A stretch of 40,938 nt of DNA from Chloroflexota bacterium (GTDB lineage: Bacteria; Chloroflexota; JAJPGV01): NCBI GenBank assembly GCA_035532895.1, contig DATKQD010000025.1:1-40938 (forward strand), given 5' to 3'. Below the pieces are notes generated by a model. That model had not been told where the DNA came from, ran no database searches, and was given only the letters and a program-made list of their open reading frames with translations. Below, piece after piece: positions 1 to 8,578 of this stretch (positions are counted from its first letter, which is position 1; every line of letters starts with the position of its first letter). Position numbers and translations under genes: made by a program.

Positions 1-197
1 CACCGCCGCCGCCTGCCACACGCGGGGACTCATGCTCGGCCTTCTCATGCGCCCGTTCCTCGCCACTTTTCTCTCGCTATAGCTGATTGCAATATACTAG
101 CGTACTCGTGCTGGTCGCCCGGCCAGAGCGCAGCCTCCGCATGGTATTCGGCGGAACGCCGAGGCTCCCTGGCCGCGGTGGACACCCGCCGGCCTAC

Positions 198-614
198 ATG
201 GCCGGCGCCTGCCAGCGCGTGATAGAGCCAGAGACCATCCGCGGCTGCCCATTCGAGGACCATCCGAGCTCAGTGAACTCCTACCGCATTCTCAGCTTGT
301 TCCAATCCATGATGGCTAGCTTCAAAGACATGAACAGGGCGGAACAGCAGGAGCGCATCAGGCGACGTGACGACGATGTGCGGCGGCTGCGCAGGCTCAC
401 CGTGGTGGCCGGCGTGCTCGGCATCGGCGTGTTCGGCACCGCGTCTCTCGTCGCCGCCAGCAGCCAGCCCGGTCGCGCCATCGCGGCGACAGGTACGGCG
501 GGCAGCCCCGCGGTGCAGAGCTCATCGTTCACCTCGCAGCCATCCTTCCAGCCACCTGCTGAGGTGCCGTTTCGCGGCCGCTCGCGGGCTATGGCGGTCT
601 CCGGGGGCTCATAG
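198..614 (+). CDS. Small single-pass membrane protein of unknown function, directly upstream of apbE. Start uncertain: ATG141, ATG198 or ATG309.
   Basis: The frame of track ORF 87..614 has GC-rich third positions by eye from about 141 onward. A basic stretch RIRRRDDDVRRLRR is followed by one hydrophobic helix LTVVAGVLGIGVFGTASLVAA and a Ser/Pro-rich tail ending AVSGGS-stop. No family recognised, and no clear SD at any candidate start. Confidence 0.45.
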   Translation: MAGACQRVIEPETIRGCPFEDHPSSVNSYRILSLFQSMMASFKDMNRAEQQERIRRRDDDVRRLRRLTVVAGVLGIGVFGTASLVAASSQPGRAIAATGTAGSPAVQSSSFTSQPSFQPPAEVPFRGRSRAMAVSGGS

Positions 615-640
615 AGCCGGACCAGAGAGAGGCGGGTCGA

Positions 641-1714
641 GTGGAAATCGCGACGGCAGAATTCGGGGCCCTGGGCACAAACGCGCGCGTGATGGTGCTC
701 GATGCACAGGCTCTCCCGGATGCATTGGACGCGGTACGCCGCCAGTTGCAGGCCATCGACGCCGCGTGCAGCCGCTTTCGTCCAGATTCCGAGCTGAGCC
801 GCGTGAACGAAGCTGGCGGCCAGACCGTCGCGATTAGCCCGCTGCTGACCCAGGCATTGGAAGTTGCCTTACGCGCGTCGCGCCTGACGGATGGCATTGT
901 CGATCCCACCATCGGCGATGCGCTGCTGCGCCTGGGCTACAGCTCGGATTTCGCTTCCCTCGCCCGCCATGGGGCAGCGCTGCCCTGGGCGGTCTACACA
1001 AGTCCCGGCTGGCAGATGATTGACCTTGATGCCGGGGCCGGCACGGTGCGCATCCCGCCGGGTGCGCGGCTCGACCTTGGCGCCACGGCCAAGGCATTCG
1101 CCGCGGATCTCGCCGCGGCTCGCGCGTACGCGGCCGCCGGACAGGGCGTCCTGGTCAGTCTGGGCGGCGACATCGCCGTCGCGGGTGCTGCCCCGCTGGA
1201 GGGCTGGACCATTCGCATCACGGACGATTGCCGTTCGGCGTTCGACGCCCCCGGCCAAACGATAGCCATCAGATCGGGGGGTGTCGCAACGTCCAGCACC
1301 ACCGTACGCCGCTGGATGCGAGGAGGGGCAACGCTGCACCACATCCTGGATCCTGCCACCGGGCTGCCGGCACCGGAGCACTGGCGGACCGTGAGTGTCG
1401 CCGCCGGCTCCTGTACTGACGCGAACATCGCCTCCACAGCCGCCATCGTGCTCGGCGATCGCGCGCCAGCTTGGCTCGCCGAGCGGCGCTTACCAGCCAG
1501 GTTAGTAGGTGTTGACGAGCTAGTCCTGTGCGTGGCTGGCTGGCCGGTAGAAGTTCGGCCGGTAAGCCATTGGCGGCCCTCAGCCGATCCCCTGTCGCTA
1601 CAGTTGGCGAGCTCAATCGACGCTCTGGAGGAACCCCACCCCGGCCGCCGCGGCAGGTTTCCGGCCGAACTTCTAGAGAGTGACGCGCTGGGTTCCGGGG
1701 AGCTGGCCCGATGA
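641..1714 (+). CDS. apbE: FAD:protein FMN transferase (ApbE family), apparently without a signal peptide
   Basis: ApbE-type blocks TDGIVDPTIG, DLGATAKAFAAD, LVSLGGDI, VATSSTTVRRW and HHILDPATGLP. GTG641 is preceded by GAGAGG about 8 nt upstream. The ORF cannot extend further 5', so there is no lipobox or signal sequence. The stop overlaps the next start (ATGA at 1711-1714). Confidence 0.9.
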   Translation: MEIATAEFGALGTNARVMVLDAQALPDALDAVRRQLQAIDAACSRFRPDSELSRVNEAGGQTVAISPLLTQALEVALRASRLTDGIVDPTIGDALLRLGYSSDFASLARHGAALPWAVYTSPGWQMIDLDAGAGTVRIPPGARLDLGATAKAFAADLAAARAYAAAGQGVLVSLGGDIAVAGAAPLEGWTIRITDDCRSAFDAPGQTIAIRSGGVATSSTTVRRWMRGGATLHHILDPATGLPAPEHWRTVSVAAGSCTDANIASTAAIVLGDRAPAWLAERRLPARLVGVDELVLCVAGWPVEVRPVSHWRPSADPLSLQLASSIDALEEPHPGRRGRFPAELLESDALGSGELAR

Positions 1715-2712
1715 CGCAGCCAAGCCCGCTGTGGTACGCCACACGGGGCGCCGGCACTGTCGCGCTCATCCTGCTGACCGCCAGCGTAGTCCTCGGCATC
1801 GTGACCAGCGTGGGCTGGAAGTCCGACGATTGGCCGCGCTTCGTGCTGACGGCGCTGCACCGCAACCTGTCGCTCTTTGTCATCGCGTTCGGCGTGGTTC
1901 ACGTGCTCACAGCTATCTTCGATCCGACAGTCTCGCTCGGCATCAAGGCAGCCGTGGTGCCCTTCGGCTCCAACTACCGTACGCTGTGGCTGAGCCTGGG
2001 AGTCATTTCTTCCGAGCTGCTGGTCGGCATCATCGCCACGAGCCTGCTTCGCCAGCACCTGGGCTACCTCGCCTGGCGCGCTATCCACTGGCTGACCTAC
2101 GCCACCTGGCCGCTGGCCATACTGCACAGCCTGGGGACCGGTACGGACAGCCACTCCGGCTGGTTCGTGCTCGTCGCGGCGGGCTGCACTATCTCCGTCC
2201 TGGCAGCACTGTTCTGGCGCGCCAACCAAGGGCTGATGGATCATCCGAGCCTTCGGGTGTTGAGCCAGGGAACGTGTGGCCTGGCCGCCCTGGCGCTGGT
2301 CATCTGGACTGCCGCCGGCCCGCTTCAGCCCGGCTGGGCACGTCGTGCGGGCACGCCCAGCTCCTTGCTGGCGGGCAGCGGCACCACTCCCGCCGCGGCG
2401 CTGGCGCCCGGCATGGACGACCAGCTGCAAGGCAGCTTGCGACAAGCCGACAACGGTTCCCTGGAGCTCAGCCTGCAGGATGTCCAGCAGCCGGCTCTGC
2501 AACTGATCATTGACGTGCCCGATCCGCGCGCTCAGCAAGCGAGCCTGACTGTCACCCAAAACGGCGCCTCCCTCTGCCAGGCTCCGGCGGCCATCGCCAA
2601 CGCCGTCACGGCCAGCTGCGGCCAAACGCAGCTCACCATCACGCTGCGGCGGGCAGGCCGCGAATCGGGCGGCATCCTGGGTGAACTGATCACCGGAGCA
2701 GCCTCGGCATGA
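1711..2712 (+). CDS. Ferric-reductase-like (FRD/MsrQ-type) haem-b transmembrane protein with a ~140-aa C-terminal soluble extension
   Basis: About six hydrophobic helices carry paired His residues (ALHRNLSLFVIAFGVVHVL; AIHWLTYATWPLAILHSL), typical of the ferric reductase transmembrane domain. ATGA overlaps on both sides (1711-1714, 2709-2712). Confidence 0.8.
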   Translation: MTQPSPLWYATRGAGTVALILLTASVVLGIVTSVGWKSDDWPRFVLTALHRNLSLFVIAFGVVHVLTAIFDPTVSLGIKAAVVPFGSNYRTLWLSLGVISSELLVGIIATSLLRQHLGYLAWRAIHWLTYATWPLAILHSLGTGTDSHSGWFVLVAAGCTISVLAALFWRANQGLMDHPSLRVLSQGTCGLAALALVIWTAAGPLQPGWARRAGTPSSLLAGSGTTPAAALAPGMDDQLQGSLRQADNGSLELSLQDVQQPALQLIIDVPDPRAQQASLTVTQNGASLCQAPAAIANAVTASCGQTQLTITLRRAGRESGGILGELITGAASA

Positions 2713-4010
2713 GCACGGCCATGGTGGCGGCTCCAGCACTGCCGAGGCTGCTGACTGCGAATCAGCGGCCCGAGTCACTCAACGAGCACCTCCAGCATGT
2801 CGGCCCGCCACCCACATCTCGCTCGGAGGCAGACCGCTGGGAGCTCATTGCCACGCTTGAACGAAGTGGGCTGCGCGGCCGTGGCGGCGCCGGCTTTCCC
2901 GTGGGCACGAAGTGGCGATCCGTGGCGACGCAGGCCCGGATGGCGGGTGGCAAGGCTGTGGTGCTGGCCAACGCGGCCGAGGGTGAGCCAGCCAGCGCCA
3001 AGGACCGCGTGTTGCTGGCACGGCGACCGCACCTCGTACTGGATGGCGCCCTGCTGGGCGCACAGGCAATCGGTGCCGCCGAGGTGGTGGTGTACGTTTG
3101 CCGAGGGATGGTTGAGACACGGCGAACGGTCGAAAGCGCGATCCACGAGCGCCGCGCGGCGCGCCTAAAGGAGCCGCGTGTCCGGATAGCGCTGGCCCCC
3201 GATCGCTACGTCGCGGGCGAAGAGTCGGCGGCGGTCCATCGCATCAACGGCGGCGATGCGAAGCCGACCTTCCTCCAGTTCCGTCCCTTCGAACGGGGCA
3301 TTCATGGCGCGCCAACGCTGGTCCAGAATGTCGAGAGCCTGGCTCACGCAGCACTGATCGCCCGCTTTGGCGACGACTGGTTTCGTGAGACTGGCAGGGA
3401 GTCCTCCCCGGGTACGTGCCTGCTGACCGTCCACGACACGATCCACCAGCCCAGGGTCCACGAGGTGGAATTTGGGAGCACCATTGGGGAGGTGCTGCGT
3501 GCCTCGGGGCCAGCGCCCGATCCACAAGCCGTGTTGCTCGGCGGTTACTTCGGCGCGTGGCTGCCCTGGGCCAAGGCGGAAAATCTGGTGCTGGACTACG
3601 CCGCCCTCCGCGCGGCCCAGGTGTCGCTCGGCTGTGGCGTGCTGCTGGCTCTGCCGGTGGATCGCTGTGGCCTCGCTGAAGGCGCTCGTATTTTCAGTTA
3701 CCTGGCGCGGGAGACGGCGGGCCAGTGCGGACCGTGCGTCTACGGCTTACGTGCCGTCGCGGACGTGTTCTGGCGGCTGGCGTTTGGCCGCGTTCGGGCC
3801 AGCGACGTCAGCCAGATCGAAAGCTGGGCGCAGCAGATCGTGGCGCGGGGCGCCTGCCGCCATCCCGATGGCGCCATCGGCATGCTCCGCAGCTGCCTGA
3901 CGACCTTTGCCGGTGAGATTCGGGACCATCTTCAACGTGGGCCTTGCCCCGCGGCGCTGCACGCCCAACCCGTGGCGCCCATCCCGGGGCCGGAGGAGGG
4001 CTGGCGATGA
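2709..4010 (+). CDS. NuoF-like NAD(P)H-binding flavoprotein (NADH-ubiquinone oxidoreductase-F Fe-S binding region family)
   Basis: GLRGRGGAGFPVGTKWRS matches the NuoF/51-kDa NADH-FMN motif. C-terminal Cys cluster QCGPCVYG ... GACRHPDG. ATGA overlap with both flanking genes. Confidence 0.85.
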   Translation: MSTAMVAAPALPRLLTANQRPESLNEHLQHVGPPPTSRSEADRWELIATLERSGLRGRGGAGFPVGTKWRSVATQARMAGGKAVVLANAAEGEPASAKDRVLLARRPHLVLDGALLGAQAIGAAEVVVYVCRGMVETRRTVESAIHERRAARLKEPRVRIALAPDRYVAGEESAAVHRINGGDAKPTFLQFRPFERGIHGAPTLVQNVESLAHAALIARFGDDWFRETGRESSPGTCLLTVHDTIHQPRVHEVEFGSTIGEVLRASGPAPDPQAVLLGGYFGAWLPWAKAENLVLDYAALRAAQVSLGCGVLLALPVDRCGLAEGARIFSYLARETAGQCGPCVYGLRAVADVFWRLAFGRVRASDVSQIESWAQQIVARGACRHPDGAIGMLRSCLTTFAGEIRDHLQRGPCPAALHAQPVAPIPGPEEGWR

Positions 4011-4210
4011 CGGGCAGCCTGCGGCTGAACCCCATCAAGTGCAAAGCCGAAGGGCTCTGCGCCGAGTTGTTTCCCGAGCGCATCCATCTCGACGCGTGGG
4101 GCTACCCCATCATCGAACCAGGTGCCATCCCCGACGAGTTGCTGGGGCACGCACAGCGCGCCGTGGACGCCTGCCCGCGCCTGGCACTGATACTGCAGGG
4201 CACTCCCTGA
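4007..4210 (+). CDS. Small single-cluster ferredoxin
   Basis: 67-aa ORF starting at ATG4007, internal to track ORF 3944..4210, with the ATGA overlapping the upstream stop. Pattern IKCKAEGLCAELFPE ... AVDACPRLAL (C-x5-C ... CP) is typical of small 3Fe/4Fe ferredoxins. Confidence 0.72.
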   Translation: MTGSLRLNPIKCKAEGLCAELFPERIHLDAWGYPIIEPGAIPDELLGHAQRAVDACPRLALILQGTP

Positions 4211-4286
4211 CCAGCGGCAGGTGGGTCGGACCACCGGCTCGAGCCAGAAGTGCCCTCCTCGCCCTGACGAGGCCGCGGCTCGCTCA

Positions 4287-5588
4287 TCAGTCGCGCAGGG
4301 GCGGGCCCGTGCGCCGCGTGGCCAGGCGGGCGATCTTGCCCGCCAATGACGCGGGCGGGAGCAGCGTGAGGCGCAGGGTCGCGGTGGTGCCTGCGCCGGG
4401 GACGCTGCGCAGGCTGAGCTGCCCATCGTGCGCCTCGGCCAGGGCCTTGGCGATAGCGAGCCCGAGGCCGGTGCCACCATCAGCGTGCGACCGCGCACGA
4501 TCGGCCCGGTAGAAGCGGTCGAACACTCGCTCCAACTGTTCGGAGGCGATGCCTTCCCCGTTGTCCCGAACCGCCACCACCGCCTGGTGGCCCTGCTTCC
4601 GGAGGGACACCTCGACCTGGCCACCGGCGGGCGTGTGCTTCAAGGCGTTGTCTAGCAGGATGATGAGCACCTGCTCGATGCGATCGGGGTCGGCTTCCAC
4701 AACCAACCGTTCCGAGCCGGCGAGCTGCAATGCCACCTGTCGCTGCACGGCCAACGGGCCCATGCGCCGCACGACCTCGGCGGCTAAGCCGCCCAACTCA
4801 AGTTCCCCAACAGCCAGCTCCATCTTGCCGGCATCCGAGCGGGCCAACGTGAGCAAATCGGCGGTGATGCGCTCGAGCCGACCAATTTCGCCGCGCAGGT
4901 CGTCGACCAAGTCGGCATTCTCCCGCAGTGGCACGTCCTGGTGCCGACTCAGCAGGTCGGTGGCCGAACGCATCACAGTGAGCGGCGTCCTGAGCTCGTG
5001 GGAGGCATCCGCGGTGAATTCTTGCTGACGCTGAAAGGCCGCCTGAATCGGCCCCAACGCCTTGCCCGAGAGGAACCACGCGGCGACAACCGCGGCTACC
5101 AACCCGCCTCCGCCGACCACGAGCACCACCAGCAGCAGCCGGTAGACCGCGCTTTGCTCGGGAGCCAGGCTTTCACCAACAACCAGCAAGCTTCCTGCCC
5201 AGGGGCCGGTGGACAGCGGTTCGACATACAACCTTGTGGACTCGCCATTCACTGAAGCGGTTTCAAAATGAGTGGGGGCGTTGGCCCGCGACAGCGTGAG
5301 ACTGGCCACACGCACTTGCTGAGGGTTCTCGATCAGCTGACCGCCAGGGCCGACCACCAGGGCAAAGAACCCACCCTCATAGCCATCGCGCCCGAAGTGG
5401 GCCACGTCGTGCCCGGTCTCACGCAACGTCTCCTGCGCATGGCTTTGCAGGCCCAGATCCATTTGCGACAGGAAGCTCTGATAAAAGGCGCCGTACATCG
5501 TGGCGCACATGAGGACGAGAGTCAGAGCCAGCACCACCAGGTTCCAGCGCGCCAGCCACCAGCGGGTGCGGGCAAAGATGCTTCTCAT
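4287..5588 (-). CDS. Two-component sensor histidine kinase (two TM helices, extracytoplasmic loop, HAMP-HisKA-HATPase)
   Basis: H-box FTADASHELRTPL, N-box LLDNALKHT, G-boxes VRDNGEGI and GGTGLGLAIA. The start overlaps the response-regulator stop by 4 nt (5585-5588). Confidence 0.92.
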   Translation of the reverse strand: MRSIFARTRWWLARWNLVVLALTLVLMCATMYGAFYQSFLSQMDLGLQSHAQETLRETGHDVAHFGRDGYEGGFFALVVGPGGQLIENPQQVRVASLTLSRANAPTHFETASVNGESTRLYVEPLSTGPWAGSLLVVGESLAPEQSAVYRLLLVVLVVGGGGLVAAVVAAWFLSGKALGPIQAAFQRQQEFTADASHELRTPLTVMRSATDLLSRHQDVPLRENADLVDDLRGEIGRLERITADLLTLARSDAGKMELAVGELELGGLAAEVVRRMGPLAVQRQVALQLAGSERLVVEADPDRIEQVLIILLDNALKHTPAGGQVEVSLRKQGHQAVVAVRDNGEGIASEQLERVFDRFYRADRARSHADGGTGLGLAIAKALAEAHDGQLSLRSVPGAGTTATLRLTLLPPASLAGKIARLATRRTGPPLRD

Positions 5589-6286
5589 ACCTTCAGCATG
5601 TACCCGGCGCCGCGAACCGTTCGGATGAGAGGCCGCGCGTAGCCGCGATCGACCTTGTCACGCAGGTAGTGAATGTAAATGTCGACGATGTTCGATGTCG
5701 CCGCGGTGTCGTAGCCCCACACCTGGTCCACTATTTGACCACGCGTCAGCACCCGATCGCGATGCCGCAACAGGTATTCGAGCAGCCGGTATTCCTTGGC
5801 CGTGAGCTCGATCGGCTGGTTGGCGCGGAAAACCTCGTGGCTTTCGAGATCCAGCCTGAGATCGCCAGCCTCCAGCACCTCGCCGGGGCCCTCCCAGCTG
5901 CCGGGCCGCCGCAGCAGCGCTCGGATCCTGGCCAGCAGTTCAGCCAGCGCGAAAGGCTTGGTCAGGTAGTCGTCGGCGCCGGCGTCCAGTCCGCGCACGC
6001 GATCCGCAACCGTGTCGCGCGCCGTCAGCATGAGTACCGGCGTCCGCACGCCACGGTTGCGCAGCCGGCGGCAGAGGCTGATGCCATCCGTTCCCGGCAG
6101 CATCACATCCAGCACAATGGCCGCGGGCAGCATCTGGCCGGCTTTCGCCTCCCCCTCGTGACCGTCGTACGCGACATCAACCCGATAGCCGGCTTCGACC
6201 AGGGCCCGTTGGACCAGGCGCGCCACGCGAGCATCATCTTCAACCACGAGGATGCCGTTCGCGTTTTCCGCTGGAGGCGTGGCCAT
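5585..6286 (-). CDS. OmpR-family response regulator
   Basis: Receiver motifs VVEDD, VLDVMLPGTDG, LMLTAR and KPF. Winged-helix output LTAKEYRLLEYLLRH ... IRTVRGAGYML. Confidence 0.93.
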   Translation of the reverse strand: MATPPAENANGILVVEDDARVARLVQRALVEAGYRVDVAYDGHEGEAKAGQMLPAAIVLDVMLPGTDGISLCRRLRNRGVRTPVLMLTARDTVADRVRGLDAGADDYLTKPFALAELLARIRALLRRPGSWEGPGEVLEAGDLRLDLESHEVFRANQPIELTAKEYRLLEYLLRHRDRVLTRGQIVDQVWGYDTAATSNIVDIYIHYLRDKVDRGYARPLIRTVRGAGYMLKV

Positions 6287-6387
6287 GCTGCTGCAGGCGG
6301 ACTATAGCTGTTCTTATCAGAACCCAATGTTGGCGGCTGCTGAGACCGCAAGCGGGCTGTGTACGGCGACGGCCAGCCGCCGGCCGG

Positions 6388-7140
6388 CTACACCGCGGTG
6401 AGCTGCCAGAAGACGCGGCAGAGGAGGCGCGAGGGGAGCACCAACTCCAGGCGCTCCAACACGCGAACCAGCCGGGGGGGCAGGCGGCGGTACAGATAGG
6501 GCGAGAATAGGAAGCAGGGTACGGAACGCGCGACGTCCCAGCCAGCGCGGCGTGCCCGACGCTCGAAGGTGCTGGGTGAAATGGCACTCACGCGCGCTCC
6601 CCAGCGGGCCATGCCGAAGGGCAGCAGCGCCCGGGGCGACCAGGTATACGTGTCGCACACCAGCGTTCCACCCGGCCGCGTCACGCGGCGGAGTTCTGCC
6701 AGCAGCGGCGAAACATCCGGAAAATGGAACAGGAGGCGCATGCTGAGCGCGGCATCGCAGGCGCCATCGCGCAGGGGCAGGCGGAACGCATCCGCCTGGA
6801 CGGCGGGGCCGGGGGCGGCTTCGGCAGTGAGCAGCAGCATGGGGAACGAGGTGTCCAGCGCCAGGGCCAGCGACCCACGCTCCCGCAGCAGCGCCGTGGC
6901 TCGGCCGGTGCCGCAGGCCACATCCGCGATGACTCCGCCCGGCGGCACCAACGCGGCCACGATGTCCAGCTCCCGGTGGTTCACGTGTTCGCCGCTGGCG
7001 CCGCCAAACCGCTGGCTGTCGTAGGCCGCGGCCACATCAGCGAGCTGGTAAAAGGATCGCTTCTCGTCCGCCGTCCGCTGTAATCGGAGATCCGCGTCCG
7101 CCTCGGCGGTGGGTTTGGCGGAGGCAGCGTCAGGAAGCAA
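6388..7140 (-). CDS. Class I SAM-dependent methyltransferase
   Basis: SAM motif I VIADVACGTGRAT, acidic LALD post-I and RPGGTLV motif. The start as drawn is TTG and overlaps the upstream gene stop by 11 nt, so the start is uncertain. Confidence 0.78.
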   Translation of the reverse strand: MLPDAASAKPTAEADADLRLQRTADEKRSFYQLADVAAAYDSQRFGGASGEHVNHRELDIVAALVPPGGVIADVACGTGRATALLRERGSLALALDTSFPMLLLTAEAAPGPAVQADAFRLPLRDGACDAALSMRLLFHFPDVSPLLAELRRVTRPGGTLVCDTYTWSPRALLPFGMARWGARVSAISPSTFERRARRAGWDVARSVPCFLFSPYLYRRLPPRLVRVLERLELVLPSRLLCRVFWQLTAV

Positions 7141-8578
7141 TTTTCACCTCTTTCATCCAGCCCTGGAGCCGCGCACCAAGGCTGGCGGCCTGCTCCGTCT
7201 GAGTGGCCAACAGATCGTGTTGCTCGCCTGGGTCCGCGCTCAGGTTGAACAGGCGCTGGGTGCCGCTGGCGTTGTTGCGGATGAGCCGCCAGTCCTCGCT
7301 GGTGATGGACGTGAACACGTCATCCGGCATGGCGGAAAAGGCCGCCCGACTGGCGCCACTCTCGGACCCATCAAGCAGCGGCAGCAGGCTCGCGCCCTGG
7401 GCCTGCGCGGGAATCGGGGCCCCCGCCAGCTGCAGCAGCGTGGGGAACAGGTCGATAGCTTGCGTGATCGCGCCGATGGTGCTGCCCGGCCTGGTGACCG
7501 GGCCGTAGCGCAGCAGCAGCGGCACCTGCTGCTCCGAGCTGTACAGGCTGTGGGGGTGAAAGAAGTTGCCATTCTCATCGAGATCTGCGTGCTCGCCAAA
7601 GCTCTCGCCGTGGTCGCCCGTCACCGCGACCACGATGTTGCTGCCACTCAGTTGCGCAAACAAGCGGCCGATCTGGCTGTCCAGAAAGCTGATCTCGCCC
7701 TGGTACAGCGCCAGCAGCTTCCGCAGGTCCTCGGGCGTGGGCTTCAGGCTGCCGTTCTGAATAGCATCGACCGTTTGCAGCGTGCCATCCATCAGGCCCT
7801 GGTAGCCAGGGTCGTACATGGTGGCGAAGGCGCCAGGTGGCTGATACGGATAGTGGGGATCGAAGTAGTGCACCCAGAGGAAGAAGGGTGAAGCCTTACT
7901 GAACGCGCTCAGCTGGCTGATGGCCGCGTCGGTGGTGTGGTCTGCTCGACCTTTGCGGGTCGCCAGGTCGTAGGGGTTGCCCCCGGGCGCCAGCGGGGCG
8001 CTGAGGTCCTGATACACCTGGAATCCATGCTGCAGCCCGCAGAACTGGTTTTCCAGACTGATCCAACTGAACAGGCCGGCGGTTTGGTAGCCCCTGCCGG
8101 CCAGCACACTCGCCAGTGTGGACAGCGTGGGGGACAGCTTATCCACGCTCTGCACCCGCACGCCACTGCTGGCCGGATACATGCCGCTGAAGAGGCTGGC
8201 GTGCGACGCGTTCGTCTGCGGCTCCTGCACCAGGTGCCGGTTGAAGCGGACGCCTGAGGCGCCGAAAGCATCGAGCGCGGGCGTCTTCACAAAGGGATGG
8301 CCATAAATGCCGAGCTGGTCGTAGCGCAGCGTATCGATGGTGACCAGCGCGATGCTGGGCGGCGGTGCGGCCGCCACATAGCTGTTGCGCCGGCTGCCGG
8401 CCACGCTGCCCTGGGTCGAGTTGCCCGCCGGCCGCTTGGCCACGGCCGCCCCGAGCCCATCGGAGCAGGAGGCGAGCGCCAGCCCCGCCGTGGCCGTGCC
8501 CAACAGCCCCAGTAGACGGCGCCGCGAAAGCCGCGCGCGCAGGCGAAAGCGGGAAGCGCCGATGCCCTCAGCTGACAT
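7130..8578 (-). CDS. Sulfatase-fold (alkaline-phosphatase superfamily) hydrolase/transferase; Tat-type lipoprotein; Thr at the nucleophile position
   Basis: N-terminus SRRRLLGLLGTATAGLALASC (twin-Arg plus lipobox). Sulfatase-fold blocks VTIDTLRYD, QTNASHASLFSGMYP and GDHGESFGEH. No C/S-x-P-x-R formylglycine motif. Confidence 0.85.
   Translation of the reverse strand: MSAEGIGASRFRLRARLSRRRLLGLLGTATAGLALASCSDGLGAAVAKRPAGNSTQGSVAGSRRNSYVAAAPPPSIALVTIDTLRYDQLGIYGHPFVKTPALDAFGASGVRFNRHLVQEPQTNASHASLFSGMYPASSGVRVQSVDKLSPTLSTLASVLAGRGYQTAGLFSWISLENQFCGLQHGFQVYQDLSAPLAPGGNPYDLATRKGRADHTTDAAISQLSAFSKASPFFLWVHYFDPHYPYQPPGAFATMYDPGYQGLMDGTLQTVDAIQNGSLKPTPEDLRKLLALYQGEISFLDSQIGRLFAQLSGSNIVVAVTGDHGESFGEHADLDENGNFFHPHSLYSSEQQVPLLLRYGPVTRPGSTIGAITQAIDLFPTLLQLAGAPIPAQAQGASLLPLLDGSESGASRAAFSAMPDDVFTSITSEDWRLIRNNASGTQRLFNLSADPGEQHDLLATQTEQAASLGARLQGWMKEVKIAS

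Noticed and set aside
1-48. Possible minus-strand gene start (ATG at 48-46, GAGGAA 7 nt upstream; MRRPSMSPRVWQAAAV...) running off the left edge
   Set aside because: Only 16 codons are visible and there are no motifs, so it cannot be supported as a feature.
77-85. CTATAGCTG 9-mer shared between 77-85 and 6302-6310, both in AT-richer promoter-like patches
   Set aside because: Two copies of a short -10-like string are best explained by similar promoter elements. No extended repeat surrounds them.
225-240. GAGCCAGAGACCATCC, which resembles the cobalamin-riboswitch B12 box (AGYCMGGAGACCKGCC) ~70 nt upstream of ATG309
   Set aside because: The other conserved cobalamin-riboswitch elements (GGGAA, GGUG.GAA.CC, GCCACUG, GGGAAGGC) are absent. 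The segment lies in a frame with coding-like GC3 continuous with the downstream ORF. An Infernal scan with RF00174 would settle it.
994-2778. 594-aa minus-strand ORF covering apbE and the ferric-reductase gene
   Set aside because: It is an Arg/Ala/Gly/Pro-rich low-complexity translation, antisense to two ORFs with clear family motifs. This is a typical high-GC shadow ORF.
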